A DNA stretch of 64,000 nt, taken from NCBI GenBank assembly GCA_036012755.1, contig DASCPX010000189.1, forward strand, positions 32,001-96,000, given 5' to 3'. The notes beneath the pieces were generated by a model. The model saw only the letters and a program-made list of their open reading frames with translations. It was not told the origin of the DNA and did no database searches. Of the stretch, positions 62,765-64,000 are shown in pieces. Source of the DNA: Myxococcota bacterium (GTDB taxonomy: Bacteria; Myxococcota_A; UBA796; CAJQPC01). Every line of letters begins with the position of its first letter. Position 1 is the stretch's first letter. The position numbers and the translations under genes were made by a program.

Positions 62765-64000
62765 CCTGCGCGACGGCCCGCTGGGGCCGCTGTGGGCAGG
62801 GAGGTACCGCGGGAGCGAGTGCCTCTTTCGGGTCTTCCCGCCGTCGATCTCCGGACCCTACTCGGTGGTGCGAGAGGCGGTCCGGAACGCTGCGCGGATC
62901 GACCACCCCGGTGTCGCACCCGTGCTCGACTTCGGCATCGCCGGACCCGAGCACGCTCGCGGGAGCGGCGGCCTCATCCCCGAGGGCCAGCTCTACGCGA
63001 TCACCGCGGCGCCCACGGGCCCGAGCCTCCAGGAGCACGAGGTCCGCTGGCGGGAGCTGCGGGAGGTCGCGCTCGAGCTGCTCGACATCCTGGCCCATCT
63101 CCACGCCCGCGGTCTCGTCCACGGTGACTTCGGCGCGGGCGGTGTCGAGCTCTGCGCCCGCGGCGGCGTTCGCCTGAGAGACCCCGGCATTCGACTCGCG
63201 GCGATGCGCGAGGGACGGATCAGGAACCTCCGCTCCGAACCGGATCGGCGGCCCCCCGAGATCGTCCTGGGACGCTGGCGCGAGGTCGGTCCGTGGACCG
63301 ATCTCTACCTCCTCGGGCGCCTCATCCAGAGCGTGCTCGGACCGAAGGCCGTGGCGGAGAACTCGGTGGTGCACACCTGGGTCGATCGACTCCTCGATCG
63401 CAGGAATCGCCTGCTCCGTGCGGCTGATGCCCGGCGCGTCCTGTTGTCTTTGGAGGGCCGCAGCGCTGACGTCTACGCTCCGATGCTCTCGACGAAGCGG
63501 GACGCCCCCGTGGCCTCCAGCAACGAGCTGGTGGGACGCGACCAGGTCTGTCGCGAGCTCTGGGACCTGCTCGGCCAGGTTCAGAAGAGCCGCCAGGTCC
63601 GCCTGGTGCTGCTCCAGGGGCCCTCTGGAGTCGGCAAGACCGCGGTCGTCGACTGGCTCTGTCGTCGGGCCCACGAGACTGGCGTCGCGACGGTCTTGCG
63701 CGGCGAGTACGGCCCGTCCCGGTCTCGCCAGGCCGGGCTGGCGGCGATGATCATGGACTACCTCGACGTCCGCGGGCTCGAAGGTGACCAGCTCCAGTGG
63801 CGAACGCTGGCCGGCCTCTCGACCATGGGCATCGACTCGGTCTACGAGCAGCGAGGGATCGTCGACCTGATCGTGCGCTGTCGTCGGCGGTCACTGCGCT
63901 CTGATGGGAGCCTCCGCGACGCCCTCGTACATCGCTTCCTGGAGGCCTGCTCCGACCCGCCCGGCGGCCCTCGTCGCCCGGTCGTGGTCTGTCTCGAGGA
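62724..64000 (+). CDS. Ser/Thr-kinase-like (pseudokinase) domain fused to a P-loop AAA/STAND-like ATPase, partial
   Basis: Not in the ORF track. Open from GTG 62724 to the window end. IDHPGVAPVLDFG, LAHLHARGLVHGD, PPE, GPWTDLYLLG, LVGRD, Walker A GPSGVGKT (63618-63641), Walker B VVVCLE. Confidence 0.85.
   Translation, partial: MSRSAAPLYAVSVLLRDGPLGPLWAGRYRGSECLFRVFPPSISGPYSVVREAVRNAARIDHPGVAPVLDFGIAGPEHARGSGGLIPEGQLYAITAAPTGPSLQEHEVRWRELREVALELLDILAHLHARGLVHGDFGAGGVELCARGGVRLRDPGIRLAAMREGRIRNLRSEPDRRPPEIVLGRWREVGPWTDLYLLGRLIQSVLGPKAVAENSVVHTWVDRLLDRRNRLLRAADARRVLLSLEGRSADVYAPMLSTKRDAPVASSNELVGRDQVCRELWDLLGQVQKSRQVRLVLLQGPSGVGKTAVVDWLCRRAHETGVATVLRGEYGPSRSRQAGLAAMIMDYLDVRGLEGDQLQWRTLAGLSTMGIDSVYEQRGIVDLIVRCRRRSLRSDGSLRDALVHRFLEACSDPPGGPRRPVVVCLE

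Noticed and set aside
62697..63674. 325-aa minus-strand ORF
   Set aside because: Antisense to the plus-strand kinase-like/ATPase frame, which carries clear motifs.

Overview
High-GC, gene-dense bacterial DNA. MYXO-CTERM-like tails, MopE-like/TSP3-like repeat proteins, a PEGA protein and a kinase-ATPase fusion point to Myxococcota/deltaproteobacteria (inference). In order, the window holds: a MoxR/DUF58/ABC operon; a ~15 kb same-strand, mostly translationally coupled ion-homeostasis cluster (acyltransferase, epimerase, SLC12-like cotransporter, CPA antiporter, TrkA, TrkH, a 1493-aa CPA antiporter fused to a long helical region and degenerate P-loop domain, MscS, two stand-alone cNMP-binding proteins); surface repeat proteins; an ECF sigma/anti-sigma pair; clpB; a hybrid histidine kinase; a protein closely resembling the plant chloroplast ATP-synthase assembly factor PAB; a DASS/USP operon; a ~3.6 kb compositionally distinct insert bracketed by a ~305-bp direct repeat that duplicates the 5' end of an HDOD gene; a sulfatase-TPR gene; a UbiD-family gene; and a partial pseudokinase-ATPase gene. 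Several genes carry frameshifts or internal deletions, which may be decay or sequencing error. Many exported proteins have ultrashort signal peptides with no charged n-region. No tRNA, rRNA, CRISPR array, integrase or transposase was recognised. All family calls come from motif recognition by eye, not database searches.
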